A stretch of 64,000 nucleotides of DNA from a virus. Below are positions 22,256-31,485 of the stretch, piece after piece. The first letter of the stretch is position 1. The number at the start of each line of letters is the position of its first letter. The notes beneath the pieces are model-generated. The model ran no database searches. It was not told the origin of the DNA and saw only the letters and a program-made list of their open reading frames with translations. A program made the translations under genes and the position numbers. The stretch covers positions 1-64,000 of the IMG/VR virus record IMGVR_UViG_3300021091_005099. One strand, 5' to 3'.

Positions 22256-23233
22256 ATGGCTGTTAGAACTCCATTATACTTTGACGATACATCACCAGTA
22301 TCCACTCCCATCTTGAAAGAGATGTCTGCGGGACAGATCAACGAGATCAAAAATGCTTTCAAGCAGTTGTATTTCCAATCTCCTTCGGTGAGATTAGATG
22401 TAGTTCCAGGCGGTGGTGGCAACATGGCATTGCCTGACAGCAGTCTAATGACAGATACCAGATTGGTGGCGGGAGCTTATGCCACAAATCCCACTGCTTT
22501 CCCAGGAGAGGAAACAACGCAGGAACCACAGATACAGACGGTGGGATATAATAGATTGGATCAAGTGATAGAATCGGTGTCCGAGCCAATCAATACCAAT
22601 AGCATACAATATCCCATATACTATTATACGGACGGATCCTCACAACCAGTTTTAAGATCAATGACGTTGCAGGATATGTATGACACTTTCGCAGAGCTGG
22701 TTGTCACCGACGATCTTTCCGTGGGAGGTGCTGTGTACACAGTATCGACCAGCACGACAGAAGCAGGATACACAGAAGTCAGTGGAGATCAAACACCGAT
22801 CTTTTTAGACACCAGGGCCAATCCAGCGGGCTACAATGCAGGTGAAATTCCAGAAACTGAAGATTCAACAACCACAGAAGAAGTACAAAATTATTATCTA
22901 CATAAAAAAAATTACACTACACCTGCTTATCAAGCACCGTCCAGATTAACTGCGTCAGGCAATATCATTACTCCAACCACAGCAACCTGGAACACCATCT
23001 TCCAATCTATCATACGTTACATGGTGGCCAATGTTGAAGGATATAGGTTGCGTTATTCTATCAATGGCACCGGCTCCACCTGTGGCACTGTGATGACAGA
23101 CACTAGGTTAGAAGGAGGCGCCGGAGTTTATGCGACCAAGTTCGAAAACGCTGATGATTACAGAGCACAAGAATTCCCAGATGGTTCCAGCACCGTAATA
23201 AGCACATACGAATTGAAAGTAAACCAGATATAA
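22256..23233 (+). CDS. Virion structural protein (T4-like marine/freshwater phage type)
   Basis: Thr/Ser-rich; internal repeat MTDTRL; C-terminal YRAQEFPDG; tail-module context. Confidence 0.6.
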   Translation: MAVRTPLYFDDTSPVSTPILKEMSAGQINEIKNAFKQLYFQSPSVRLDVVPGGGGNMALPDSSLMTDTRLVAGAYATNPTAFPGEETTQEPQIQTVGYNRLDQVIESVSEPINTNSIQYPIYYYTDGSSQPVLRSMTLQDMYDTFAELVVTDDLSVGGAVYTVSTSTTEAGYTEVSGDQTPIFLDTRANPAGYNAGEIPETEDSTTTEEVQNYYLHKKNYTTPAYQAPSRLTASGNIITPTTATWNTIFQSIIRYMVANVEGYRLRYSINGTGSTCGTVMTDTRLEGGAGVYATKFENADDYRAQEFPDGSSTVISTYELKVNQI

Positions 23234-23235
23234 TA

Positions 23236-23724
23236 ATGATATTAGAGAATGGTAGATTCACCTATGCTGTGTATGCCAGTAGCAAACAGAATCTAATTTT
23301 TGCCACCTGGTACAGCGAAGATACGAAAAAGCACAATGAGATTGCTGTCAAGACCGATCTAGACAATAATATTTACAAGAAACTATTGGAGACATTCACC
23401 CCGGATGAAATCTATCAAATGACAGACCAAAAGAGGAAATTGAACAGCCAGACTTTTGAGATTTACGTGAAAGATATTGCTTTAAAATATGGCTTGGTCT
23501 ATGATCCCTTGATACATAATCCTCAGGAAAAATTAACAGTGGACAATCTGTTTAATCCGCCCACCGGAGACGTGGGCACTGATTTATTGTTCAATTTAAA
23601 ATTAAAAATATTTGATCTTCCAGAGGTGATACGATCCGAAAATACGGAATTGAAGAAAAAACTACGAGAAGTGAAAACTCCCCTAGAATCTCTCTATATA
23701 GCAGGAAAATTCTTATACGAATAG
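23236..23724 (+). CDS. Hypothetical protein
   Basis: 162-aa ORF starting 2 nt after the previous stop. Confidence 0.6.
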   Translation: MILENGRFTYAVYASSKQNLIFATWYSEDTKKHNEIAVKTDLDNNIYKKLLETFTPDEIYQMTDQKRKLNSQTFEIYVKDIALKYGLVYDPLIHNPQEKLTVDNLFNPPTGDVGTDLLFNLKLKIFDLPEVIRSENTELKKKLREVKTPLESLYIAGKFLYE

Positions 23725-24408
23725 ATTATATTTCTCCCACTGATGTGGATGGTTGCTCATGTGGGTAAAGTGTACAAATTTGATATCAGGATAAAATTCA
23801 TTACCCAAGAACATGTAAGGATTCCCCGTCACTTCGCTATATTTTTTATTAAGATTAGCCACGGTATGCCTAGAATAAGGTTTGGGCCTGGCCTCCATCC
23901 TACAAAACCAACTGTCAGGCAGCGTGATTAATTTTAGTTTTTCTTTTACGCTGTCTTCGATAAAATGTTGTTCGCCATTGACGGGACCGCTGGTAAATCC
24001 TTCTTCTATATATTTTTTCTGCCAATGTTCCGGACGGCTCATAAACTTGTCATAGATGTAATTGCAATCACGAGGATAATATTTGTAAAATCCCCCATTG
24101 ATGTTGAATCTATTTTTTTCTCCTGTCTTGTCTCTCCACCAACCCGGAGCAGCGAGAAATTCTCCTGGGTTAACAGGATATTCAAATATTTTCTTGTAAT
24201 CATTAATAAGCAACACGTCGATATCCATGACACAAATGGGTTCATCCTGTGTGAGAGTCATGCCATACATCTTGTTCCATTGCAACTTAATGTTATCAGC
24301 CATGGGTGCTCTGATCCAATGAAACTCATATTCGGGCAATCTGGATTCTAGATAAGTTTCATATTCTGGACCATATCTGTTGCCTATCCTGACAGCAATT
24401 ATCTTCAT
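23713..24408 (-). CDS. Glycosyltransferase-like (GT-A fold) protein
   Basis: IIAVRIGNRYGPEY N-terminus; DxD motif (VMDIDVLL); NGG; GEQ; VHFT; start refined to the ATGA overlap at 24408. Confidence 0.65.
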   Translation of the reverse strand: MKIIAVRIGNRYGPEYETYLESRLPEYEFHWIRAPMADNIKLQWNKMYGMTLTQDEPICVMDIDVLLINDYKKIFEYPVNPGEFLAAPGWWRDKTGEKNRFNINGGFYKYYPRDCNYIYDKFMSRPEHWQKKYIEEGFTSGPVNGEQHFIEDSVKEKLKLITLPDSWFCRMEARPKPYSRHTVANLNKKYSEVTGNPYMFLGNEFYPDIKFVHFTHMSNHPHQWEKYNLFV

Positions 24409-25085
24409 TGCCAATAATCCTTGATCCATGAATCAACTTCGTCCTGTTTAGGACCGTTGTTCAATATACACACCTCATAATCGGGCCTCAGTTTTTCCGG
24501 GGTCGTGTCCTTGCCATATTTGGCTCCCTTCCAGTAGGAATAAGCAATGCCAGTGGGCAATAGATCTATCTGCACAGGTTCATGATATAGATAGCGATCT
24601 ATGCCTCGATATTTGAACAGTATCATGTCTTTGTTTTTTTGGAAATAATTATAGATCTCGTCACCTTGATTGTCCTGCCATTTCATTATGGATGAATTAT
24701 ATTGTGTGGGATATTTGTTTTCTGGTTTGGCTTTTTTGTGTGGCAACAAGAAACCTTCTTTCCATTGTGAATATAGAATGGACACAGTTCTTGTTTTAAC
24801 TGAAAGTAATCTCTCCATTGGCTGCAGAATTATAACATCCAGATCAAAAAAAATGTTGGTATCCCGCCTGAATAATTTGAACAGCTCCAGTTTGGGCCAA
24901 TATTGCGTCAAATCAGTCTGCATCGGAATAATTTTGATGGATGGATTAATGTCTTTGCTGTTTTCGGTGTAACAATAAAATGTGAATGGATGACCACAAA
25001 TATTTTTTTGTACCATGTTGAACAGCTTGTTCACGAATTGCGCAGAGTATTTTTCACCCCATTTGACACACATTACGTTGATCAT
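24405..25085 (-). CDS. Glycosyltransferase-like (GT-A fold) protein
   Basis: VMCVKWGEKYSAQFVNKL...FYCYTE...WPKLELF...FFDLDVII...YNSSIM; start refined to 25085. Confidence 0.7.
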   Translation of the reverse strand: MINVMCVKWGEKYSAQFVNKLFNMVQKNICGHPFTFYCYTENSKDINPSIKIIPMQTDLTQYWPKLELFKLFRRDTNIFFDLDVIILQPMERLLSVKTRTVSILYSQWKEGFLLPHKKAKPENKYPTQYNSSIMKWQDNQGDEIYNYFQKNKDMILFKYRGIDRYLYHEPVQIDLLPTGIAYSYWKGAKYGKDTTPEKLRPDYEVCILNNGPKQDEVDSWIKDYWQ

Positions 25086-25651
25086 ACGATTTGATACTCC
25101 CATCTTGTGTGCTGATCTATCTGTTTAACGAATTCTTCATCATTTAATTGCCATACCGTCTGATCTGCTCCCCTGTAAAAAACATCTTTAATCTTTTTTA
25201 TCACGCCCTGCCTAGACAGCAGGTTGGCCCAGATGCCATTGACTTTCTGCATGCTGGCCTCACACTTGTTGGATGATGTGATGTAATATCTGCCATCTTT
25301 GGGAAGAGCATTTAATGTCACAGGAATAAAAATTTGAGAACAGATATTTTGATGTTTTGTGATGCCTTCCTTGGTCCTCACGTGTTTGATGGGCAATAGT
25401 TCTGTCAATACGCAAGTCCTCACGCAAATTCTATAACTGTTTTCTCCCATCACATCGTCGAAATCATGCACAGCGGTTGAACCAACAGGTTGATTTTTAT
25501 AAAACAATATCCACAAATCAAAATATCTCTGTCTATCGAAGGAATCGATCAATCTTTTTTGTGATGCGTTGTTGAAAAATCCTTTTTCTTGGCATCGCTG
25601 GTAAAAGAAAGACAAGTCGAGATCATTATTATATTTTTTTATTTCATACAT
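25082..25651 (-). CDS. Putative GNAT-like acyltransferase
   Basis: LWILFYKNQPVGSTAVH...YRICVRTCV...YRGADQTVW pattern suggests a GNAT fold. Confidence 0.4.
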   Translation of the reverse strand: MYEIKKYNNDLDLSFFYQRCQEKGFFNNASQKRLIDSFDRQRYFDLWILFYKNQPVGSTAVHDFDDVMGENSYRICVRTCVLTELLPIKHVRTKEGITKHQNICSQIFIPVTLNALPKDGRYYITSSNKCEASMQKVNGIWANLLSRQGVIKKIKDVFYRGADQTVWQLNDEEFVKQIDQHTRWEYQIV

Positions 25652-25680
25652 CGCACTAGGTATTATATAATTTTTGATGT

Positions 25681-26487
25681 TTAATTAAAAGTGTATTTTG
25701 TCAAATCAGTTACTGAACTGTTTTTGAAAGCCAATTTCCTATGATGACAATTGCTACAGATGCCACAATTACCAAGATCAACGTCACAGCTAGTTGATTG
25801 ATAGAGCATTGATAATTCATTTAATTTATCGTAAAGGTCAATCACGTCAGATGTGGTCAAGTTTCGAAAAGGTCTTACTGACATCTCATAATCATTCTTG
25901 ATTTGTTCATAATCGATATCTTTCAATACACCGTAAATTTTTCCATTGTTCTTGAACACGTGTTCGAACAACTCAGGGTATCTCACTGAATTTTTTTCCA
26001 GCCATGGTTTCAATTTGTCATTGGTGATACGGCCTCTGTGCCAGCCACTTGCCTTCAACATATCCATGCTCTGCTCATGTATCTTGTTGTAGCCGGCCAG
26101 GATGTATTTCATCTTGCCTTTGTATTTCTGCAACAAAAAATTTTTAAATTCTAAAGAGGCATCTGTGTGCTTCTTATAGATTTTTGAATCCACTGTGAGT
26201 GTATGCACTGCTCTAAACCTTTCAATCCCCTGGGCGAACTTTCTTTTTACAATCTCGAGTTTATCATCGTCCTTATCTTGCGGTAATGTTCCATCGAAAG
26301 AAATTAATTTATCGTTGATGAAAACGACACGTTCCAATCCGTATATTTCTCTAGCTATCACGCACAACAATGTTGATTCAATATCCGCTTCATATATGAC
26401 GCCAATTTTTTCGTCTGGAGAGATCTTTGGAAATTCTTCTAGATCAAATCTAGTTTTATTTTTACCTAACAGGTAGAATTTATTCAT
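25681..26487 (-). CDS. QueC-like (PP-loop, Zn-binding) protein with degenerate ATP-binding loop
   Basis: C-terminal RPFRNLT.SDV...SC...CGICSNC..RK.AF matches the QueC Zn site; the SGGxDS loop is replaced by EADIES. Confidence 0.6.
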   Translation of the reverse strand: MNKFYLLGKNKTRFDLEEFPKISPDEKIGVIYEADIESTLLCVIAREIYGLERVVFINDKLISFDGTLPQDKDDDKLEIVKRKFAQGIERFRAVHTLTVDSKIYKKHTDASLEFKNFLLQKYKGKMKYILAGYNKIHEQSMDMLKASGWHRGRITNDKLKPWLEKNSVRYPELFEHVFKNNGKIYGVLKDIDYEQIKNDYEMSVRPFRNLTTSDVIDLYDKLNELSMLYQSTSCDVDLGNCGICSNCHHRKLAFKNSSVTDLTKYTFN

Positions 26488-27493
26488 GGTCAACCTTTTC
26501 CTTATAATGCCACAAAGTTTTTTGTGGTATCTTTATACCATCAGCCTCAATCACGTGTATCTGCGAACCAGTGCATCTTTGGTGACAAATAGATTTGTCA
26601 TTCTTGTACATGGCTGCCAACCAATCTTGAAACACTGGGTCATTCAATATTTCAAAAATACCACGCTGGTGCAGTGATATTGAATATTTATCTTTGGATA
26701 TCGCCCAGCTGTTCACTTTGTTAAATGCGGAGGCAGTCCAACAACATGGGAACAGTCTGCCCCAGGAATCAACATAAATTTCTTTCCTTTGCTTGTGCAG
26801 GCAGATCAATGCGCCCTTGTGCTGCATGAAGTCGATGTCAAATCTGTCTGCTGTGGGAGGATATATTTTTTTTGTTTTATTGTCTCCGTCGCGATACACA
26901 AATGGTTTATCAAAGTCTTTGAATCTCGCGGAAATTTTTAAAACGAAATCTCGAAAACCCATTTCCTTGGCCATGGATTCAGCTGCCTCCACCTGATGCT
27001 CATTGTGGAAGAATGGTATGAAGAACCATTTGGCATTGGCTCCTGTCTGTATGAAGGCTGCAGCATTGCTCATCAGTTTTTGCCATTGTACTCCAACCCT
27101 ATAGATATGATTCGTGTCCTCCAGGCCGTCTATATGCCACTCCACAAATGAGTGAGGGGTCCGAGCATAGATGCGACCTAACTTTTGCCAAAAATCAGTG
27201 CTGCGTACTCCACCGTTGGTGCTTAAAGTAATTTGGATATTTGAATTGTGCTCCAAAACGTATTCGTGTATCTGCAACAGATCATGAGCTATTGCAGGAT
27301 CCCCATAATTGCCACAAAATTTTATTTTTTTTAATCTACCAATGAATCTTTTGGGAAAAAATTTAACAAAATCTACATAGGATATTTCGTCCTGATTGTC
27401 AAGTATTATTGGGTTATTAGTCCTGGAGCACATGGGGCATTTTGCATTGCAACGGCTTGTGATCTCAACATGGACTGAATCTATTTGGTGCAT
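26480..27493 (-). CDS. Radical SAM protein with C-terminal SPASM/twitch domain
   Basis: EITSRCNAKCPMC (CxxxCxxC); FCGNYGDP; STNG; IDGL; C-terminal C...IYVDSWGRLFPCC...CHQRC; start refined to MHQID on promoter geometry. Confidence 0.88.
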   Translation of the reverse strand: MHQIDSVHVEITSRCNAKCPMCSRTNNPIILDNQDEISYVDFVKFFPKRFIGRLKKIKFCGNYGDPAIAHDLLQIHEYVLEHNSNIQITLSTNGGVRSTDFWQKLGRIYARTPHSFVEWHIDGLEDTNHIYRVGVQWQKLMSNAAAFIQTGANAKWFFIPFFHNEHQVEAAESMAKEMGFRDFVLKISARFKDFDKPFVYRDGDNKTKKIYPPTADRFDIDFMQHKGALICLHKQRKEIYVDSWGRLFPCCWTASAFNKVNSWAISKDKYSISLHQRGIFEILNDPVFQDWLAAMYKNDKSICHQRCTGSQIHVIEADGIKIPQKTLWHYKEKVDHE

Positions 27494-27499
27494 TCTGCT

Positions 27500-27528
27500 A
27501 TTATACATATGTTTATGGCCAATATCAA
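27500..27528 (-). promoter_or_regulatory. Sigma70-type promoter TTGATA-N17-TATAAT (probably leaderless transcript)
   Basis: Reverse strand reads ttgata ttggccataaacatatg tataat agcaga ATG. Confidence 0.65.
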
Positions 27529-27581
27529 GCTAGTTGTTCATTCTCATGAAAAGCACTGAAAACGTTATTTGGCTGCTGAAA

Positions 27582-27587
27582 TAAATA
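27582..27587 (+). promoter_or_regulatory. Putative late promoter core TAAATA
   Basis: Intergenic TAAATA 6 nt before ATG 27594; no Shine-Dalgarno sequence. Confidence 0.55.
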
Positions 27588-27593
27588 CAAGAT

Positions 27594-29114
27594 ATGGCAT
27601 ACATCGTAAACAAAACAGACGGGTCACAGTTAGTTGTAATCACAGACGGCACCATAGATAATAGCACATCGCTGTTTCTGTTTGGCAAGAGTTATTCCGG
27701 ATACGGCGAGTATCTTAATGAAAATTTAGTAAAATTATTAGAAAATTCAGCTGCCACGGCCAGTCCAGCTGCACCATTGCGGGGAGAACTTTGGTTTGAT
27801 ACCAATACCAACCAATTGAAAGTGTATGACGGCACTGCGTTCAAGCCCACAGGGGGAGCCAAATCACAATCGGCCGAACCCACAGGATCTTCACCTGGTG
27901 ATCTTTGGGTAGACAGCGATGACGAGCAATTATATTTCAGGACGAGTTCAAGCACCTGGCAACTGGTGGGACCAGTATTCACAAAAGGTCAAACTCTGTC
28001 AGGATGGAAGATAGAGACCATCCCCGACAGTTTTGGAAGCAATAGGGTTATCAGCAGCATGTTCAATGGCAACACCAGAGTGGCAATCTTGAGCACTGCG
28101 ACTTTCACTCCTGCATCACCACCTACCGGATTCCCAGAAATTTATGCTGGTATAACGATGAGCAGCACATTGGGTGCCACTTTTGCTGGTACGACTACGA
28201 CAGCTGCCAACCTAAACACCTCGTCAAGCTCCAATCCATCAGCCACAGTGATAGCCGGCGGCAACATCATGAGAAAAGACGTTTCGCAGACCATGGCGGG
28301 CGTGTTGACGATTTCCTCAGACAGCGGTTTAAGAATTGGTGCAGGCAACGATCTACAACTGACGGTATCAGGTATTGACTCTGTAATTTCCAACATCTCC
28401 CAAGATGGTGACATAGACTTACAGGTCAACAGCGGCGGATCCACGATCTCACCGATCAAGATCGACGCGGCCAATGCCAGAGTGGGTATATTCACATCCT
28501 CGCCTTCGGTACCATTCGAAGTCACTGGCGACGTAAGAATAGTGGGAAATCTAAGCGTATCTGGGGAATATAACACTACATCTTCGGTCAATGTGTTGAT
28601 TGATGACGTGTTCGTGAAATTGAACAACGGCAACGCTTCCAATCTTGACGCGGGCATAATAGTAGAGAGAGATTCTGGAAGAGAAGCAAAACTTTTTTAT
28701 AACGCAAGCGCTGGTCATTGGGTAGCAGGCGTAAGCGAGACCGGATCATATTCGCAACTGATAAGGGCAGATGACGCCACTACAGACGGTAATGCCAACA
28801 AAGGAAAAATATTGAAAACAACAGGTGCAGGTAATGTCATAGTAACAAGCATGAATTTAGGCACAGTAGGAACAAATCTATTGGATTCCGCTACGTCTGT
28901 GACAGAATCGCCAAATTTCAGCAGCACCGCCGTGCCATCAAAGGCGCAGGTTACTGAATCTATCACTAGATGGGGAGGCAGTTATATCAGTGTAGATGGC
29001 ACGCTTGGAACGCCATTAGGCAACACCATTGCTGGTAGACGCTATGTTGAAACCAGCACGCCAACCAGCGGGCAAGGAAGCAACGGGGATCTTTGGTTTG
29101 TAAGGGAGCCTTAA
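27594..29114 (+). CDS. Tail fibre protein (paralog 2)
   Basis: MAYIVNKTDG...GKSYSGYGE..NENLVKLLEN...GELWFD; GDLW repeats; C-terminal PTSGQGSNGDLWF. Confidence 0.75.
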   Translation: MAYIVNKTDGSQLVVITDGTIDNSTSLFLFGKSYSGYGEYLNENLVKLLENSAATASPAAPLRGELWFDTNTNQLKVYDGTAFKPTGGAKSQSAEPTGSSPGDLWVDSDDEQLYFRTSSSTWQLVGPVFTKGQTLSGWKIETIPDSFGSNRVISSMFNGNTRVAILSTATFTPASPPTGFPEIYAGITMSSTLGATFAGTTTTAANLNTSSSSNPSATVIAGGNIMRKDVSQTMAGVLTISSDSGLRIGAGNDLQLTVSGIDSVISNISQDGDIDLQVNSGGSTISPIKIDAANARVGIFTSSPSVPFEVTGDVRIVGNLSVSGEYNTTSSVNVLIDDVFVKLNNGNASNLDAGIIVERDSGREAKLFYNASAGHWVAGVSETGSYSQLIRADDATTDGNANKGKILKTTGAGNVIVTSMNLGTVGTNLLDSATSVTESPNFSSTAVPSKAQVTESITRWGGSYISVDGTLGTPLGNTIAGRRYVETSTPTSGQGSNGDLWFVREP

Positions 29115-29118
29115 TTCC

Positions 29119-30624
29119 ATGCCTTACTCAGTATCAAGCACACCAACAGAAGACACATACACATTCACCTATGATGGATTAAAATGGACTGCCACCATAC
29201 CCGCGGGAGCCCAGTTCCTACAAATATTTTTGTGGGGAGGTGGTGGCGGAGGTGGGTCGCAGGAGACTTCTGGCTCCAGCGGAGTGGGCGCAGGCGGAGT
29301 CTACACACTACACAACACCATTGATTTGCGACCTCGCGTGGGAGAGATAATCACGCTGGCAGTGGGTGGAGGTGGCGGAGGTGGATCCAGCGGTGGAGGC
29401 GCAGCGGGTGGTTTCAATGGCAAAAGTTTAACAGGATTTTCAGGCGGCGAGGGTGGTAACTCGGGACCCAGTGGATCGTCCGGCTCTGGTGGCGGCGGTG
29501 GTGGGGCAACAATTATACGTTTCGACAGCACCAATATCGCGATAGCAGCAGGTGGTGGCGCGGGTGCCGGTGGGGGTTCAAGCAGCCAAGGCGCGTCAGG
29601 CATCACAACCAATGATCCCACAGCTGGCTCTCCATTGACCAGGGGGGAAAACGGCACACCTCACAACGGTGACGGTGGAGGTGGAGGCGGTGGCGGAGGT
29701 GGACTTGCTGGAGGCAAGGGCGGAGACAGTAATGACAACGACGTCGGTGGCACGGGAGGGTTCTCGGGCACATCTCTAGTTCCAGCTGGAGGCAGCACCA
29801 CGGTTGCCACTGGCCAAAATCCCGCGGGTACGTCGGGTGGCGCTGGGCGTGGTGGAAATCAAGGAAACGCTGGCACGAATGGCAAGGCAATTTTAGTGTT
29901 TACGGTAAGTGCAAAGACCAAAGTAAAAATTGATAATGCATGGAAAACCATCACACAGATCAAATTCAAAAGGGACGGCATATGGAAGGATATTAGGGCT
30001 GCCTATGTGAAAATAAATGGAGTATGGAAAGCTGTGTTCAACAAAGGATTGAATTGGCAATCTACCACAGCAGGTTTTGGAGACTCCACAGGCAATCCAT
30101 ATTCAGGCACTCCAGGCAATCCCCCACCTCCTGCAAGTGGTGGTGGAGGTGGTGGTGGTGGATGCAAAATTATTTGTACCAAGTTGTATGAATTGGGCTA
30201 TCTATCAGAAGATATTTACAAAGCAGATCAGCTATTCGGAAAATGGCTGCGTCAGTCAGATCCCCATGCCTACTATGGTTATTTGAAATGGGCCAGGGTG
30301 GTGGTCGACTGGATGAGCAGCGAAGGACCTCAATGTATGTTCTGGATAAAAGACAAGACAGTGCGGAACCAAAAACAAAAAGAGATGGCAACCAGATGGG
30401 CCAGGAGAATAGCCACTCCATGGGCTGAACATATGGCCTACAAGATGGGTGTATTAAGACAGGACAATAGGGCCGGCAGATGGATAATGAACATAGGTAT
30501 CACAGTCAGCAGATTGTTGGGCAGATTCGTTAAACACACCGATCAGCCTTCCAAGAATGTTGCGATAGGTTATGCCATGTGGGCAATGTTTGGATTGTTA
30601 TACATGATAGCAGGAGTGAAATAA
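29119..30624 (+). CDS. Glycine-rich tail-tip protein with C-terminal 'KIICT' helical/membrane domain
   Basis: LWGGGGGGG glycine-rich domain; KIDNAWK/KRDGIWK/KINGVWK repeats; poly-Gly linker followed by CKIICTKLYELG; hydrophobic C-terminus. Confidence 0.7.
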   Translation: MPYSVSSTPTEDTYTFTYDGLKWTATIPAGAQFLQIFLWGGGGGGGSQETSGSSGVGAGGVYTLHNTIDLRPRVGEIITLAVGGGGGGGSSGGGAAGGFNGKSLTGFSGGEGGNSGPSGSSGSGGGGGGATIIRFDSTNIAIAAGGGAGAGGGSSSQGASGITTNDPTAGSPLTRGENGTPHNGDGGGGGGGGGGLAGGKGGDSNDNDVGGTGGFSGTSLVPAGGSTTVATGQNPAGTSGGAGRGGNQGNAGTNGKAILVFTVSAKTKVKIDNAWKTITQIKFKRDGIWKDIRAAYVKINGVWKAVFNKGLNWQSTTAGFGDSTGNPYSGTPGNPPPPASGGGGGGGGCKIICTKLYELGYLSEDIYKADQLFGKWLRQSDPHAYYGYLKWARVVVDWMSSEGPQCMFWIKDKTVRNQKQKEMATRWARRIATPWAEHMAYKMGVLRQDNRAGRWIMNIGITVSRLLGRFVKHTDQPSKNVAIGYAMWAMFGLLYMIAGVK

Positions 30625-31466
30625 TGGGAATAAGCGTTGAAGAATATTTGGCAAAGAAACAGGCATGCGAAGATTGCATCACGCACGGTGATGAGGATCA
30701 CTGCAAAACAACCTTGCTCAGCAGGGAGGACAACTGTTTGATATACAACATGGTATGGGCGTACCACATACCAAACCGCGAAAAGCATGTATCATTCACT
30801 CGAGATGAGCAAAACAGAATGTCAACGGCCGCTATGGCAGAGGCACATCTGTTCATGGCATTGCGAGACAAGCTCAAAGAGAGCATAGTTGTGGAATATT
30901 ACCAAAGAGCGCAAAGCATAGTGACGCAGATAAAAGGCATTCACCAGAATGATCGCTTGATCTGGGCAGGATATTACAATAGATTCATGCCAAAGATATT
31001 ACAACATCTGAGAGCTGGACGCGATTCTGATGCCATGGCGGAAATTTGGTTAATGGTGGAGACTCTGGAATACACCAATGGAAGAGTCATATGCACCTGG
31101 CTCAAAAACAATGGCCTGTTCTCAGCAGAAGATCTTGCAATTGACACCCAATTCAGTGTAAAATATTTGAGTGACAGCACCAAAATAGGTTATTGGTTGT
31201 GGGCCTGTCCTATGGTGGCATTTATGGAAAAGCACTGCAAAAGAAAGACCAATTCTTGGCTGGTACGAGCAGTCAGGATACTGGCTCAATCAAGAGCAGA
31301 CGAGATAGCCTACCAGGTGGGCAAAAAGACTAAAGGCAACATCATGGGGAAAACAGTGAGAATACTAGGAGAGGGCGCCTGCTTCATGCTGGGTACCCTG
31401 GCTAGGCCCTTTTTGGGAAAAAAATTTAACAATTGGCTCAATATCTACGCCGCAAAACAAGGATAA
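30624..31466 (+). CDS. Protein with a CFI-box-CTERM-like domain fused to a second 'ICT' domain
   Basis: LRD...VVEYY.RA..IV..I...IW...Y...G....A....MV..L followed by GRVICTWLK..G...GYWLWA.PMV; start at the TAATG overlap. Confidence 0.6.
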   Translation: MGISVEEYLAKKQACEDCITHGDEDHCKTTLLSREDNCLIYNMVWAYHIPNREKHVSFTRDEQNRMSTAAMAEAHLFMALRDKLKESIVVEYYQRAQSIVTQIKGIHQNDRLIWAGYYNRFMPKILQHLRAGRDSDAMAEIWLMVETLEYTNGRVICTWLKNNGLFSAEDLAIDTQFSVKYLSDSTKIGYWLWACPMVAFMEKHCKRKTNSWLVRAVRILAQSRADEIAYQVGKKTKGNIMGKTVRILGEGACFMLGTLARPFLGKKFNNWLNIYAAKQG

Positions 31467-31485
31467 TTAATAAGGAGAAATAAAA

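Noticed and set aside
25681-26487. Calling this gene queC
   Set aside because: The PP-loop is degenerate and the gene is far from queE/folE, so the symbol was withheld.
29230-29880. GGT/GGC-rich DNA as a microsatellite or G-quadruplex element
   Set aside because: Fully explained by poly-glycine coding with mixed synonymous codons.
30139-30624. Intein/Hint domain after GGGGGC
   Set aside because: No Hint block motifs (CF..GT, TxxH, terminal HN); the sequence looks helical and hydrophobic.
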